DNA of 64,000 nt from the NCBI GenBank assembly GCA_963739455.1, contig CAVUAK010000001.1:1440001-1504000 (forward strand), given 5' to 3'. This document shows, piece after piece, positions 20,794 to 30,318 of the stretch. Below the pieces are notes generated by a model. That model did not search any database and was not told the origin of the DNA. It saw only the letters and a list, made by a program, of their open reading frames with translations. The stretch comes from an uncultured Gemmatimonadales bacterium. Lineage in GTDB: Bacteria; Gemmatimonadota; Gemmatimonadetes; Gemmatimonadales; GWC2-71-9. The position numbers and the translations under genes were made by a program. Every line of letters begins with the position of its first letter. Positions within the stretch are counted from its first letter, which is position 1.

Positions 20794-21921
20794 TCAGAGA
20801 ATTGCGGCGAGACCCGCGTCGATGGTGGCTTCGTCGAAGGCAACAGTCCAACTGTCGTTGCGCGCGCCCATCGTACCGATGTCGAGTGGCACCGCGAAGC
20901 GAATCTCGCCGGCGACATTTTTCTTGTCGCGCGTCATGGCCTGGCGCACGCGTTCGGCGTTGGTGCGGAACGTTGTTCGCACCGGGAGGCCGAGCTGCGT
21001 CAGGAGTGCGGCGAGGCGCTCGCAGGTGCCCGGCTGAAGCAACCCACTTCGCTCGGCCATGGCGGACTCCGCGAGGAGACCCAGCCCCACCGCCTGGCCG
21101 TGGAGCAACTGATAGCCCGACACCTGCTCGAGCGCATGCGCCACGGTGTGACCCGCGTTGAGCATCGCGCGCGGACCGGCTTCGCGCTCGTCTCCCGACA
21201 CGACTCCCGCCTTGATCTCGACGCTGCGACGGATGAGGACCTCGAGCGCGCCAAGATCGCGCGCCAGCAAGGGCGCCACGTTGGATTCAATCCAGGACAG
21301 ATAGCCGGCATCGGTGATGAAGCCGTGCTTCACCGCCTCGGTGAGGCCGCTCGCGTATTCAGCATCGGGAAGGCTCCGCAGAGTCGCCGGATCGATGACC
21401 ACAGCGACCGGCGGATGGAATGCGCCGATGAGGTTCTTGCCGTGCGAGGTATCGACACCAGTCTTGCCACCGACCGAGGCATCGAGCATCGCGAGGAGCG
21501 TGGTGGGGACGAGGACGAAGGGCACGCCACGATGGTAGGTGGCGGCCACAAAGCCGGTGAGGTCGCCGATCACGCCACCGCCCAACCCGATGAGCGCGGA
21601 GTCGCGCCCGAAGCCCTGATCAAGCAGAGCATCAGTGAGGCTGGCCCAGGTGTCGCGCGTCTTGAACTTCTCTCCCGGTGCGACGCTCAGGCGCGTTGTC
21701 CAGTCGTGCGCCGAGTGCTTGCCAAGGCGATCGACGGACCAGGAGGAGTTTGCGCCACTCTCCCACGCTTCGTACTGGCGGCCCACCGCCGCATCGGTGA
21801 CCAGCGCGATCGCGCGCGCACCGCAGTGCGCGGCGACGATCTCGGGGAGGTCGGCCAGGGCACCTGGAGCGATGTAGACAGGATACTTGCCCAGCGCGTG
21901 GCGTACGAGAATCGGTTCCAT
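20794..21921 (-). CDS. aroB: 3-dehydroquinate synthase
   Basis: 'GGGVIGDLTGF', 'PTTLLAMLDASVGGKTG', 'LNAGHTVAHALE', 'HGQAV'. Confidence 0.95.
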   Translation of the reverse strand: MEPILVRHALGKYPVYIAPGALADLPEIVAAHCGARAIALVTDAAVGRQYEAWESGANSSWSVDRLGKHSAHDWTTRLSVAPGEKFKTRDTWASLTDALLDQGFGRDSALIGLGGGVIGDLTGFVAATYHRGVPFVLVPTTLLAMLDASVGGKTGVDTSHGKNLIGAFHPPVAVVIDPATLRSLPDAEYASGLTEAVKHGFITDAGYLSWIESNVAPLLARDLGALEVLIRRSVEIKAGVVSGDEREAGPRAMLNAGHTVAHALEQVSGYQLLHGQAVGLGLLAESAMAERSGLLQPGTCERLAALLTQLGLPVRTTFRTNAERVRQAMTRDKKNVAGEIRFAVPLDIGTMGARNDSWTVAFDEATIDAGLAAIL

Positions 21922-21922
21922 G

Positions 21923-22468
21923 CTACCAGGTCACGTCGCCGGTGCCGGCGCGATGATTGGCAAGGCGCGCCAGCGTGAAGAGGAGATCAGATAGGCGGTT
22001 GAGATACACGATGAACAGCTCGGGCACGGTGTCCTGGCCCGCGAGATGAACGACCTGCCGCTCGGCGCGCCGGCAGACGGTGCGGGCGAGATGCAGTGCC
22101 GCAGCCTTTGGTGTCCCAGCGGGCAGCACGAACGCCGTGAGGGGTGCGAGCTCGAGGTCGGCGGCATCGATGACGCGCTCGAACTCGGTGACTCGATCGG
22201 CGGAGAGGCTCGCCTTCTCGAGCGCCTTCCGGACCTTGTCGGGATCGGGCGTGGCGAGATGCCCACCGATGGAGAAGAGGTCGCGCTGGATCGACTCGAG
22301 CAGGGCGTCCTCGAATTCGACCGGTGCGGTGGCACGGACCAGGCCAATGACGGAGTTGAGCTCGTCAACGTCGCCGTAGGCAACGACGCGAATATGGTCC
22401 TTGGGGACACGGCCGCCGCCGAAGAGGCCAGTGGAGCCGGTGTCGCCGGTCTTGGTGTAGATCTTCAC
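21923..22468 (-). CDS. ATP:cob(I)alamin adenosyltransferase, PduO type
   Basis: 'KIYTKTGD.G.T', 'YGDVDELNS', 'RTVCRRAER', 'YLNRLSD'. Confidence 0.93.
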   Translation of the reverse strand: MKIYTKTGDTGSTGLFGGGRVPKDHIRVVAYGDVDELNSVIGLVRATAPVEFEDALLESIQRDLFSIGGHLATPDPDKVRKALEKASLSADRVTEFERVIDAADLELAPLTAFVLPAGTPKAAALHLARTVCRRAERQVVHLAGQDTVPELFIVYLNRLSDLLFTLARLANHRAGTGDVTW

Positions 22469-22476
22469 GCGACTGC

Positions 22477-22526
22477 AACAGCGTGAGGAGGAACTGCGAC
22501 GGCGTGAGGAGGAACTGAAACAGCGG
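22477..22526 (+). repeat. 21-bp tandem repeat, same family as 4646-4697
   Basis: aacagcgtgaggaggaactgc gacggcgtgaggaggaactga aacagcgg. Confidence 0.85.
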
Positions 22527-22532
22527 GCATGA

Positions 22533-23925
22533 TCAGGGTCCTCCTTTCAGGGCAGACAGCATTTCGGGGATGCGGGTGAACTTCTCTCGCGGGGCGCCGC
22601 GGGTCTTGCCGGCGGCCTGCTCGAGTTCATCCAGCTTCTTCCAGTCGGCGAAACGTCACGACCTGCACGCCACGGGACTTGAGCATCTGATCGACCGCGG
22701 TACGGATACCGCGTGCCTTCGGCTTGAGGGCGCCGCTCGCCACATCCTCCAGCAGCAGGTCAACCGTCTCGGCGGAGTCGGGCTTGTTGGTGCCGATGAC
22801 GCCGCTCGGGCCACGCTTGATCCAGCCGACCGCGTATACCCCGGCGAGCATCTCCATGGCACCCGGTGCCACGAGCACGCGTCCCTCGACATTGGGAATG
22901 ACGCCGGCGCGCTGGTCGAATGGCACGCCCGGAATCGCCACGCCCTTGTAGCCCACGGAACGAAAGATGAGGCCGGCAGGTAACGTTTCGGTCTCGCCGG
23001 TGGCCTCGGCGCGAAGCTCACCATGCGGCGCCCGCACCAGGCGGTTCCTCGAAATCTTCACTCCTTCCACACGATTGCTACCGAGTATTTCTACGGGCGA
23101 CACGAGGAACCGAAGCACGATGCGGCGCTTCCGCCCCGATGGCTTGCGCTCGGCGAACTGGTGCAGGGTGTGAAGGTTCTTCTCCGCGGTGCGGTCCTCG
23201 TGGCCGGTGAGCTGGTGCGCGCTGTGCTCATCGAGCTCGAGTTCGCGAGGGTCCACCACCACATCCGCCTCAGCGAGCTCGCCCAGCTCCTTGAGCTCGG
23301 GATTGGTGAACGCGGCCTGCGCTGGACCGCGGCGACCGAGCACGTAGATGGTACCCACCTTGCTGGCGCGGAGCTCCTCGAGCGCGTGACCCGAGATGTC
23401 GGTGGGGGTGAGCTCGTCCATGCTGCTCGCCAGGATGCGGGTGACATCCATGGCGACGTTGCCCATGCCGACAATGACGGCGCTGGTGGAGCCGAGCTCG
23501 AAGCGCCGATCGCGATAGTCGGGGTGCCCATTGTACCAGCCGACGAACTCGGTGGCGGCATGACTCCCGGCCAGTTCCTCGCCCGGTATGCCAAGGTGCC
23601 GGTCGGTCTGTGCACCCGAGGCATAGATGACGGCGTCGTACAGCGCGTGCAGCTCGGAGTGATCGATGCTGCTGCCGATCCTCACGTTGCCGAGAAAGCG
23701 AAAACCGGGATGTGCGGCAATCCGCTCGTACATGCGGGTGACCGACTTGATCTTGGGATGATCGGGCGCCACGCCGCCGCGCACCAACCCATACGGTGTC
23801 GGCAGTCGATCGAACATGTCGATCTCGACGGCGGGCACCTTCTTCTGCAGGTGCTCCGCGGCGTAGAACCCCGACGGGCCGGACCCGACGATGGCAACGC
23901 GGAGCGATCCAGGCTGGGCAGTCAC
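22533..23925 (-). CDS. FprA/adrenodoxin-reductase-type ferredoxin-NADP+ reductase, frameshift near the C-terminus (~22650)
   Basis: 'GSGPSG', 'GLVRGGVAPDHP', 'GNVAMDV', 'GWIKRGPSGVIGTNK'; tail 'DWKKLDELE..PREKF' in another frame. Confidence 0.9.
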
Positions 23926-23926
23926 G

Positions 23927-25465
23927 TCAGCGTCCCTTCATCATCTCGACCACAACGCTATCGAGCTGGGTGAGTATGGCCGAGCTGGGCAAGGTGTGGT
24001 GGTTCGCCTGCACCGAGAACGTGATGACCTTGCCGCTCTCGAGGTTTACCCAGCCCGAAAGCGTGTTGGTGCGCGAGATGCTGCCGGTCTTGGCATGCAC
24101 GCGCCCCTCGATGGGTGTCCCGACGAACCGGTTCTTGAGCGACCCGCGCTGGCCGGACTGCGGCAGCCCGGCAGTGAACGTGGCCGCATGCGGGTGGGTC
24201 CGGATGAACCGCAGCACCTGGGTGAATGCCAGCGGGCTCACCAGGTTGGACGCGGCGAGCCCCGAGCCATCAACGAGCGCGATCTGGGTGGAGTCGACGC
24301 CAATCGAGTCGATGAGGAAGCGGCGCTCGATGCGGAGGCCCTCATCCCAGCTGCCGGCGCGACCGAACTGCTTCCCGAGCTGCTTCAGGGTCATCTCGGC
24401 GTACCAGTTCTGGCTGGTGTTCAGGATCGGGAAGATCCAGTCCTTGAGCGGGCGGCTGGTGACCTCGGCGAGCGGCGTGCCGCGGCGCACGATCTCGAAC
24501 GTCATGGAGTCGGTGGTCGAGCGCGTGGTGCCAAGGACTGCGATGCCCTGTGCCGCGAGAGCAGCGCGCAGCGCCCGCGCAGCGAACATGTTGGGATCGG
24601 GCAGGGCGAAGGACTCGGTGCGGGGGCGGCGCCCCGCCTCGACGTTGCCCTGGGCCCAGACGGAAAGCGTGCCCGCCGTGCGGAAGAAGTCGATGGTCTC
24701 GTCCTGCCCGCGGGCGACCGTCTTCGTCTGGTTGTCGAGGGTGACGTCACCGAAATCGGGGGTAAATGTCAGCGTTGCGGGCGGGCCCACGCTGTCGCCA
24801 GTGGAGTACTTGATGTCGATGCTGTTGTCGTTGTAGCCGAGCCCGCTCACTGGTGCCGCGTACCACCAGTTGAGGTCGTAGCCCTCCCATGCGGGGTGCA
24901 CGATCATGGGCTCGAACCAGCTCCCGTCTCCCACCACGTTGCCGGACACGGAGGTGATGCCGGCACGCGCGAGCTGGGTGGCGAGGTCGCTGAGCTTCTG
25001 CATCGGGTTCGTGTCGCAGGCGCCTGCCACGGTGGTATCGACGGCGTAGCAGCGCTCACTGAAGGTCGGGTCGCCGCGGCCGTAGAGCACCAGGTCTCCC
25101 TGCAGCACGCCATTCACGACGGGACCGCTGCCGTAGAGGCTCGTCCGCACGGTGAAGTCGGGCGAGAAGAGCGCGGCGGCGACGGCGCTCACCACGATCT
25201 TGGTGTTGCTCGCGGGCACGAACAGGCGATCGGCGTTGCGACCGTAGAGCAGGGTGCCCTTGTCGTCCACGAGAGCGACGCCCCAGAGCTGGCGGTTGTA
25301 CGGCGGCTGGTCCAGCCGGGAGTCAAGTCGCTTCTGAAGAGACGCCGCCTGGGCGTGAAGACGTGAAGACGTGAAGACGTGAGGTGACAGTAGGACAAGA
25401 AGTGTGAGAACCGCAAGGAATCTCCTCACGTCCTCACGTCCGCACGTCCTCACGTCCTCAGTCAT
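23927..25465 (-). CDS. dacB: D-alanyl-D-alanine carboxypeptidase/endopeptidase (PBP4, S13)
   Basis: SxxK 'PASNTK', SxN 'SQN', 'DGSGL', 'AKTGS'. Confidence 0.92.
   Translation of the reverse strand: MTEDVRTCGREDVRRFLAVLTLLVLLSPHVFTSSRLHAQAASLQKRLDSRLDQPPYNRQLWGVALVDDKGTLLYGRNADRLFVPASNTKIVVSAVAAALFSPDFTVRTSLYGSGPVVNGVLQGDLVLYGRGDPTFSERCYAVDTTVAGACDTNPMQKLSDLATQLARAGITSVSGNVVGDGSWFEPMIVHPAWEGYDLNWWYAAPVSGLGYNDNSIDIKYSTGDSVGPPATLTFTPDFGDVTLDNQTKTVARGQDETIDFFRTAGTLSVWAQGNVEAGRRPRTESFALPDPNMFAARALRAALAAQGIAVLGTTRSTTDSMTFEIVRRGTPLAEVTSRPLKDWIFPILNTSQNWYAEMTLKQLGKQFGRAGSWDEGLRIERRFLIDSIGVDSTQIALVDGSGLAASNLVSPLAFTQVLRFIRTHPHAATFTAGLPQSGQRGSLKNRFVGTPIEGRVHAKTGSISRTNTLSGWVNLESGKVITFSVQANHHTLPSSAILTQLDSVVVEMMKGR
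25354..25460. repeat. Inverted pair of octamer arrays, (GTGAAGAC)3 and (CCTCACGT)4, overlapping the 5' end of dacB
   Basis: 25354-25384 versus 25424-25460. Confidence 0.8.
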
Positions 25466-26378
25466 ACGCCACTCGCGGATCAGCTTTCGCATAGAGCAGG
25501 TCGGTCACCAGGTTGACGAAAACAAACAAGACACTCAGGAACAAAATGCTGCCCTGCACCGCGGGGAGGTCGCGCTTCTCGATCGCGGTCAGCACGTAGC
25601 GCCCCACGCCGGGCCAGGAAAAGATCGTCTCGGTAAGAATGGACCCGGTAAGGTAGCTGCCGAAGTCGAGTCCGAGCACCGTGATGACCGGCAGGAGCGC
25701 ATTCCGGAGCCCATGATGCAGCAGCACCCGGGCCTCGCCCAATCCCTTGGCGCGGGCGGTCCGGATGAAGTCGCTCTGCAGTGCCTCCTGCAGCGCCGCC
25801 CGGGTCATGCGCGCGATGACCGCAATGGAGCGCATGCCGAGCGTCGTGGCCGGGAGGATGAGGTAGATGAACCCCCATGATCCCGACGGCGGGAGCCAGC
25901 GGAGCTGCACCGCGAAGACGAGGATCAGTACCAGGCCCACCCAGTACACCGGGAACGATACGCCGAGGTACGCCCCGAGGGTGAGGAAGCGGTCGAGCCA
26001 TCCACCGGGGCGCCAGGCGCCGTAGATACCGACGGCGAGGCCGATGGTGGTGGCGAAGATCATGGCGGCGAGGGCCAGCCGGAGTGTCGCCGGGAAGCGG
26101 TGGCGCAGCTCGGAGACGATGGACCGCCGGGTGATGTACGACGTGCCGAGGTCACCCTTGAGGATGTTGCCGACATAGTGCGCGAACTGCTTCGGGAGCG
26201 GCTCGTCGAGGCGGAGCTCCTTGCGGAGTCGTGCCAGCGTCTCGGGGTCGGCGCGCTCGCCCACCATGGCCTGCACCGGATCGCCGGGGGCGACGTAGAG
26301 CAGCAGGAAGGTCACCAGCAGCACGCCGAGCAGGGTCGGGACGAGGAGGGCAACGCGAAGCCCGAGGAATCGCATCAT
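25458..26378 (-). CDS. Peptide ABC transporter permease (DppB/OppB)
   Basis: 'PGDPV', 'GDLGTS', EAA loop 'DFIRTARAKGL', 'ETIFSWPGVG'. Confidence 0.92.
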   Translation of the reverse strand: MMRFLGLRVALLVPTLLGVLLVTFLLLYVAPGDPVQAMVGERADPETLARLRKELRLDEPLPKQFAHYVGNILKGDLGTSYITRRSIVSELRHRFPATLRLALAAMIFATTIGLAVGIYGAWRPGGWLDRFLTLGAYLGVSFPVYWVGLVLILVFAVQLRWLPPSGSWGFIYLILPATTLGMRSIAVIARMTRAALQEALQSDFIRTARAKGLGEARVLLHHGLRNALLPVITVLGLDFGSYLTGSILTETIFSWPGVGRYVLTAIEKRDLPAVQGSILFLSVLFVFVNLVTDLLYAKADPRVAYD

Positions 26379-27940
26379 GGCTTCGCGTCCCCGCCGATGA
26401 TGTGTGCCTGCTGCCACCGCTGACCGTTGAAGATCGCGGGAATGCTCCAGCCTTCCACCCTCGGGTTGCGCGCGTAGAGATCCACGGGATGCCAGAGAAA
26501 GATCCACGGCGCCAGCGCAAAGATGCGGGCGTCGGTCTCGCGGGCGAGCCGGGCCTTCTCGGCTTCGTCCACCGTGGTGCGGACGCGGACGGTAAGGCTG
26601 TCGATGACCGGATCCTTCAAGAAGGCGTAGTTCCCACCGGTACCAGCATTCCTCGAGTTGAAGAGCGGGTAGGTGAAGTTCTCGGGATCGGGATAGTCGG
26701 CGTACCAGTCGGTGAGGAAGAGGTCGGCCTCGCCCTTCCGGACGGCGGCGCGGGCACTCGACGCGTCACGCTGGACAATTTCAACCTGAATGCCGACGGC
26801 CGCGAGGTCCTGCTGCACCGCCTGCGCGATGCGGGCGTACTCGGGTCGCTGCGAGCGCCAGAGCTTGAGCGAGAGCCCGTTGGCATGACCTGCGGCGGCG
26901 AGCAGTGCGCGCGCGCTGTCGGGATCGTGGGGAAAGGGTGCCCGGGTGGAGTCGTAGCCGGTGATCCCCGGCGGGATGACACCGTGGGCCTGGAGTCCAC
27001 GTCCCGCCATCACCGTCTGCAGCAGTGTGGGCACGTCGACGGCAAGGTTGAGCGCCTGGCGCACTCGCACGTCGCTCAGGGGACCGCGCGTGGTGTTGAT
27101 CGCGATGTAGAGGTCGCGAATGGTGGGTCGCCGCTGGAGTTCGCTGCCGTGCCGCTCCTCCCAGCGCCGCGTCTCACCGAAGGGAATTTCCACGACGCTC
27201 AGTCCGCCGCGCTCGTACTCGGCGGCCTGGGTGAGGGGCTCGGGGATGATGCGGATGCGCATGCTGTCTGCCAGCGGAACGGATCCCCAGTATGCGGGGT
27301 TCTTCGCGAGCACGATGTAGTCGTCGTGGGACCAGGAGACGAAGCGCCAGGGCCCGCTGCCAATGGGCGCCTGGTCGAAGTCGTCTCCCGTTGGCGTGGG
27401 CACGATACCGGTGGACGGCATGGCCACCAGCTTGGGGAAGATGTTGAGCGGTTCCTCGAGGGTGATGACCAGGGTGGAATCGTCGGTGACGACGAGGCCG
27501 CTCACGCCGGGTGCGTCGCCCTTGTTGAAGGCCCGCGCGCCGAGAATGGGGTATAGGGGCCAGGGGCGTCCGCCGAGTGACTTCGGGGAGAGGGCGCGGA
27601 GCCAGGACGCCTCGACATCGGTGGCACGGACGGGCCGGCCGTCGTGGAAGGTGGCGTTGGTGCGGAGATGGAAGGTGTAGCGCGATCCGGTGGGGTCCAC
27701 GTCCCACGATTGCGCGAGGCCAGGCTGGAGCCGGCCGTCGACATCGAACTGGGTGAGGTTGTCGAACAGGAGCGCGTCCACCTCGCCGGTCGGGACGTCG
27801 GTGGAGAAGGCCGGATCGAGCGAGCGCGGGTCGTAGGTGAAGTAGTACTCGAGCGTGCGGCTGGGTCCCTTCGGACTACAGGCCGCGAGCCCGATTGCGA
27901 TGCCGAGGGCGGGAAAATGGCGCTTCAGGGGTGATATGAT
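26375..27940 (-). CDS. Peptide ABC transporter substrate-binding lipoprotein (family 5); start uncertain
   Basis: 'LAAC' lipobox, 'LDPA', 'FHLR..ATFHDG', 'IGSGPW', 'VRQALNLAVD'. Confidence 0.9.
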   Translation of the reverse strand: MISPLKRHFPALGIAIGLAACSPKGPSRTLEYYFTYDPRSLDPAFSTDVPTGEVDALLFDNLTQFDVDGRLQPGLAQSWDVDPTGSRYTFHLRTNATFHDGRPVRATDVEASWLRALSPKSLGGRPWPLYPILGARAFNKGDAPGVSGLVVTDDSTLVITLEEPLNIFPKLVAMPSTGIVPTPTGDDFDQAPIGSGPWRFVSWSHDDYIVLAKNPAYWGSVPLADSMRIRIIPEPLTQAAEYERGGLSVVEIPFGETRRWEERHGSELQRRPTIRDLYIAINTTRGPLSDVRVRQALNLAVDVPTLLQTVMAGRGLQAHGVIPPGITGYDSTRAPFPHDPDSARALLAAAGHANGLSLKLWRSQRPEYARIAQAVQQDLAAVGIQVEIVQRDASSARAAVRKGEADLFLTDWYADYPDPENFTYPLFNSRNAGTGGNYAFLKDPVIDSLTVRVRTTVDEAEKARLARETDARIFALAPWIFLWHPVDLYARNPRVEGWSIPAIFNGQRWQQAHIIGGDAKP

Positions 27941-27995
27941 CGAGGCGCTCCGGAGGCGCTGGGGGGCAGGCGGCGTTCGGCTACCGGTCAAAACA

Positions 27996-28048
27996 TTGAC
28001 ACTGCGCCCTAACGCTGCAAAAATACATGGGTTAGCTAACGTCGTCAA
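27996..28048. promoter_or_regulatory. Candidate bidirectional promoter with overlapping -10 elements
   Basis: Plus strand TTGACA-17-AAAAAT; minus strand TTGACG-17-TATTTT; palindrome GTTAGCTAAC at 28031-28040. Confidence 0.55.
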
Positions 28049-28152
28049 TCGTCGCTGTGGCTCCGAATGTGGGTCGTGGAGCGAGCGCAAGCGGCTCGGG
28101 AGTGTCGTATTTCTTTGCAGATAATCAGCTCTCCGCCCGCCAGGCGAAGCGC

Positions 28153-30318
28153 GTGAAGTTCGCGCGGGCCAGCCTCCTCGCGGGGGCGCTGGTAGTTGTG
28201 GCGTTGGTATCACCCGCTCGCGTGCTGGCGCAGGATGGCGAGCGGATGGTGCGCGCGCTCCACTTCGAGGGTAACAAGGCGATCGACAACGCGACGCTTG
28301 CGGCGTCGATCTCGACGTCGAACTCGAACTGGTGGTCGCGGACCGGGGCGGTGAAGTGGATCGGGCTGGGCACGCCCAAGTACGTGAATGAGCGGGAACT
28401 GCAGCGGGACGTGCTGCGCATCCAGGTGCTGTATCGCCGGAGCGGGTTTCCGTCGGCCACGGTGGACACGGTCATCAAGCGCACCGAACAGGACATCTGG
28501 ATCACCTTCAAGGTCACCGAGGGTGCGCCGATCGTGCTGGAGCGCCTGGCCTTCGACGGGCTGGATTCGCTCCCGCCGAAGTTGCAGAAGGAAGTGACGG
28601 AGGACCTTCCGCTGCGGGAGGGGAAGCCATTCAACCTGACGCGACTGCAGATGAGCATCGACACGGTGTCGCTGCGGCTGCGGAATCGCGGGTACCCGAC
28701 GGTGGACATCTTCCGCGCGTTCTCGTCGGACAGCGCCACGCGGAAGGCGGATGCGACGCTGACAGTGGAGACGGGGAAGCACTACAGCTTCGGCTCCGTG
28801 CGGGTGGTGGGGACGGAGCGGGTGGACACGAGCGTGGTGCGGGCGCTGCTGGTGGTGAAGGAGGACCGCCCCTTCTCCGAACGCGAGATCACGGCGAGCC
28901 AGCTGAACCTCTACCGGTCTGACCTCTTCAGCCTGGCACAGGTGACGCTCGACACGGCGGCCTTCGAGAAGGCCGACACGGTGGTGCCGGTGCTGGTGAC
29001 GATCGCCGAGGCAAAGCGGCGGACGGTGCGCGCCAGCGCCGGCTACGCGTCACAGGACTGCTTCCGGGTGAGCGCCGGCTGGGCGATGCGCAATTTCCTC
29101 GGGTCGGGGCGCATCCTGGACATCAGCGCGCAGGCCTCGAAGATCGGCGTGGCCTCGCAGCCGGGGTTCGTGAACTGGAACCTGGAGAACAGCCTCTGCC
29201 CCGGCGTGGTGGAGAACGGCGAGGTCGAAATCGGCTCGCGCAAGATCAACTACAACGTGACGGTGTCGGTGCGACGCCCGGCGTTCCTGTCGACGCAGAA
29301 CTCGATGACGCTGTCGGGTTTCTCGGAGCGGCGCAGCGAGTACAGCATCTACACCCGCGATGACATCGGCGTGGGGATCGCGCTGCTGCGCGAGTCACCG
29401 GTGCGGCGTGACCCGCTCACGATCGCCTACACCTTCTCGTACGGTGCCACGCAGGCGACACCGGCGGCGTTCTGTTCGTACTTCAGCGTGTGTACTCCCG
29501 AGGTGCGTGCCGCGCAGTCACTGCGGCGGCCGATCGCGGTGTTGAGTGCCACGGCGACGTGGCCGCGGGTGAACAACCCGGTGGACCCGACGCGGGGCCG
29601 GCTGTTCTCGGCGGAGGTGGCGTGGAGCTCCGCGCTGATCGGGTCGTCGTCGCTGCAGCAGTTCACCCGGTTTGCGGTGGAGGGTCGCTGGTACCGCACC
29701 ATCGCGCCGGACGTGGTGCTGGCGTGGCGGGCGCGCGTGGGCCGGGTGTTCGGGCGGAGCACTGACAACCAGGTGAGCGGCAACTTCGTGCCGGTCGAGC
29801 AGCGGTTCTACGGTGGCGGGCCGAACGACGTGCGCGGTTTTCCCTACAACCAGCTCGGCCCGATCGTCTACGTGATCTCGGATGCCGACACGGCGGGGTA
29901 CGCCGCGAACCCGCAGGTACTCGACGACAACGCGGTGCCGTTCGCCACCGGCGGCAACGTGCAGCTGATCGGCAACGTGGAGGTGCGCTTCCCGGCGCCG
30001 GTACTGCGGGGCCGGATGCGACTCGCGGCGTTCATCGATGCCGGCGGCGTGTGGCAGACGAATGACCCGGTCAACCGGGAGAAGCGCATCGTGGCGACGC
30101 CGGGCATGGGCCTGCGCCTGGTGACGCCGGTGGGGCCGCTGCGCTTCGACGTGGCGTACAGCTGGAACCGGCTGCAGTACGGCACGGTGTACGTCAGCAA
30201 CTCGGTGACGGAGGACCTGACCGAGCTGCGCCCGGTGCCGGGTGGCCCGCCGCTCACGTTCCAGCCGATCAACCCGGGCGGGTGGCAGCTCAACCTGACC
30301 GTGGGGCAGCCGTTCTGA
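28153..30318 (+). CDS. tamA: TamA/BamA (Omp85) family outer-membrane protein
   Basis: POTRA-like repeats, 'RFYGGGPNDVRGF', 'TPVGPLRFDVAY', terminal 'GQPF'. Confidence 0.87.
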   Translation: MKFARASLLAGALVVVALVSPARVLAQDGERMVRALHFEGNKAIDNATLAASISTSNSNWWSRTGAVKWIGLGTPKYVNERELQRDVLRIQVLYRRSGFPSATVDTVIKRTEQDIWITFKVTEGAPIVLERLAFDGLDSLPPKLQKEVTEDLPLREGKPFNLTRLQMSIDTVSLRLRNRGYPTVDIFRAFSSDSATRKADATLTVETGKHYSFGSVRVVGTERVDTSVVRALLVVKEDRPFSEREITASQLNLYRSDLFSLAQVTLDTAAFEKADTVVPVLVTIAEAKRRTVRASAGYASQDCFRVSAGWAMRNFLGSGRILDISAQASKIGVASQPGFVNWNLENSLCPGVVENGEVEIGSRKINYNVTVSVRRPAFLSTQNSMTLSGFSERRSEYSIYTRDDIGVGIALLRESPVRRDPLTIAYTFSYGATQATPAAFCSYFSVCTPEVRAAQSLRRPIAVLSATATWPRVNNPVDPTRGRLFSAEVAWSSALIGSSSLQQFTRFAVEGRWYRTIAPDVVLAWRARVGRVFGRSTDNQVSGNFVPVEQRFYGGGPNDVRGFPYNQLGPIVYVISDADTAGYAANPQVLDDNAVPFATGGNVQLIGNVEVRFPAPVLRGRMRLAAFIDAGGVWQTNDPVNREKRIVATPGMGLRLVTPVGPLRFDVAYSWNRLQYGTVYVSNSVTEDLTELRPVPGGPPLTFQPINPGGWQLNLTVGQPF

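Noticed and set aside
22470..22530. Cobalamin riboswitch upstream of the adenosyltransferase
   Set aside because: The gap is only about 60 nt and is filled by the 21-mer repeat; no B12 box.
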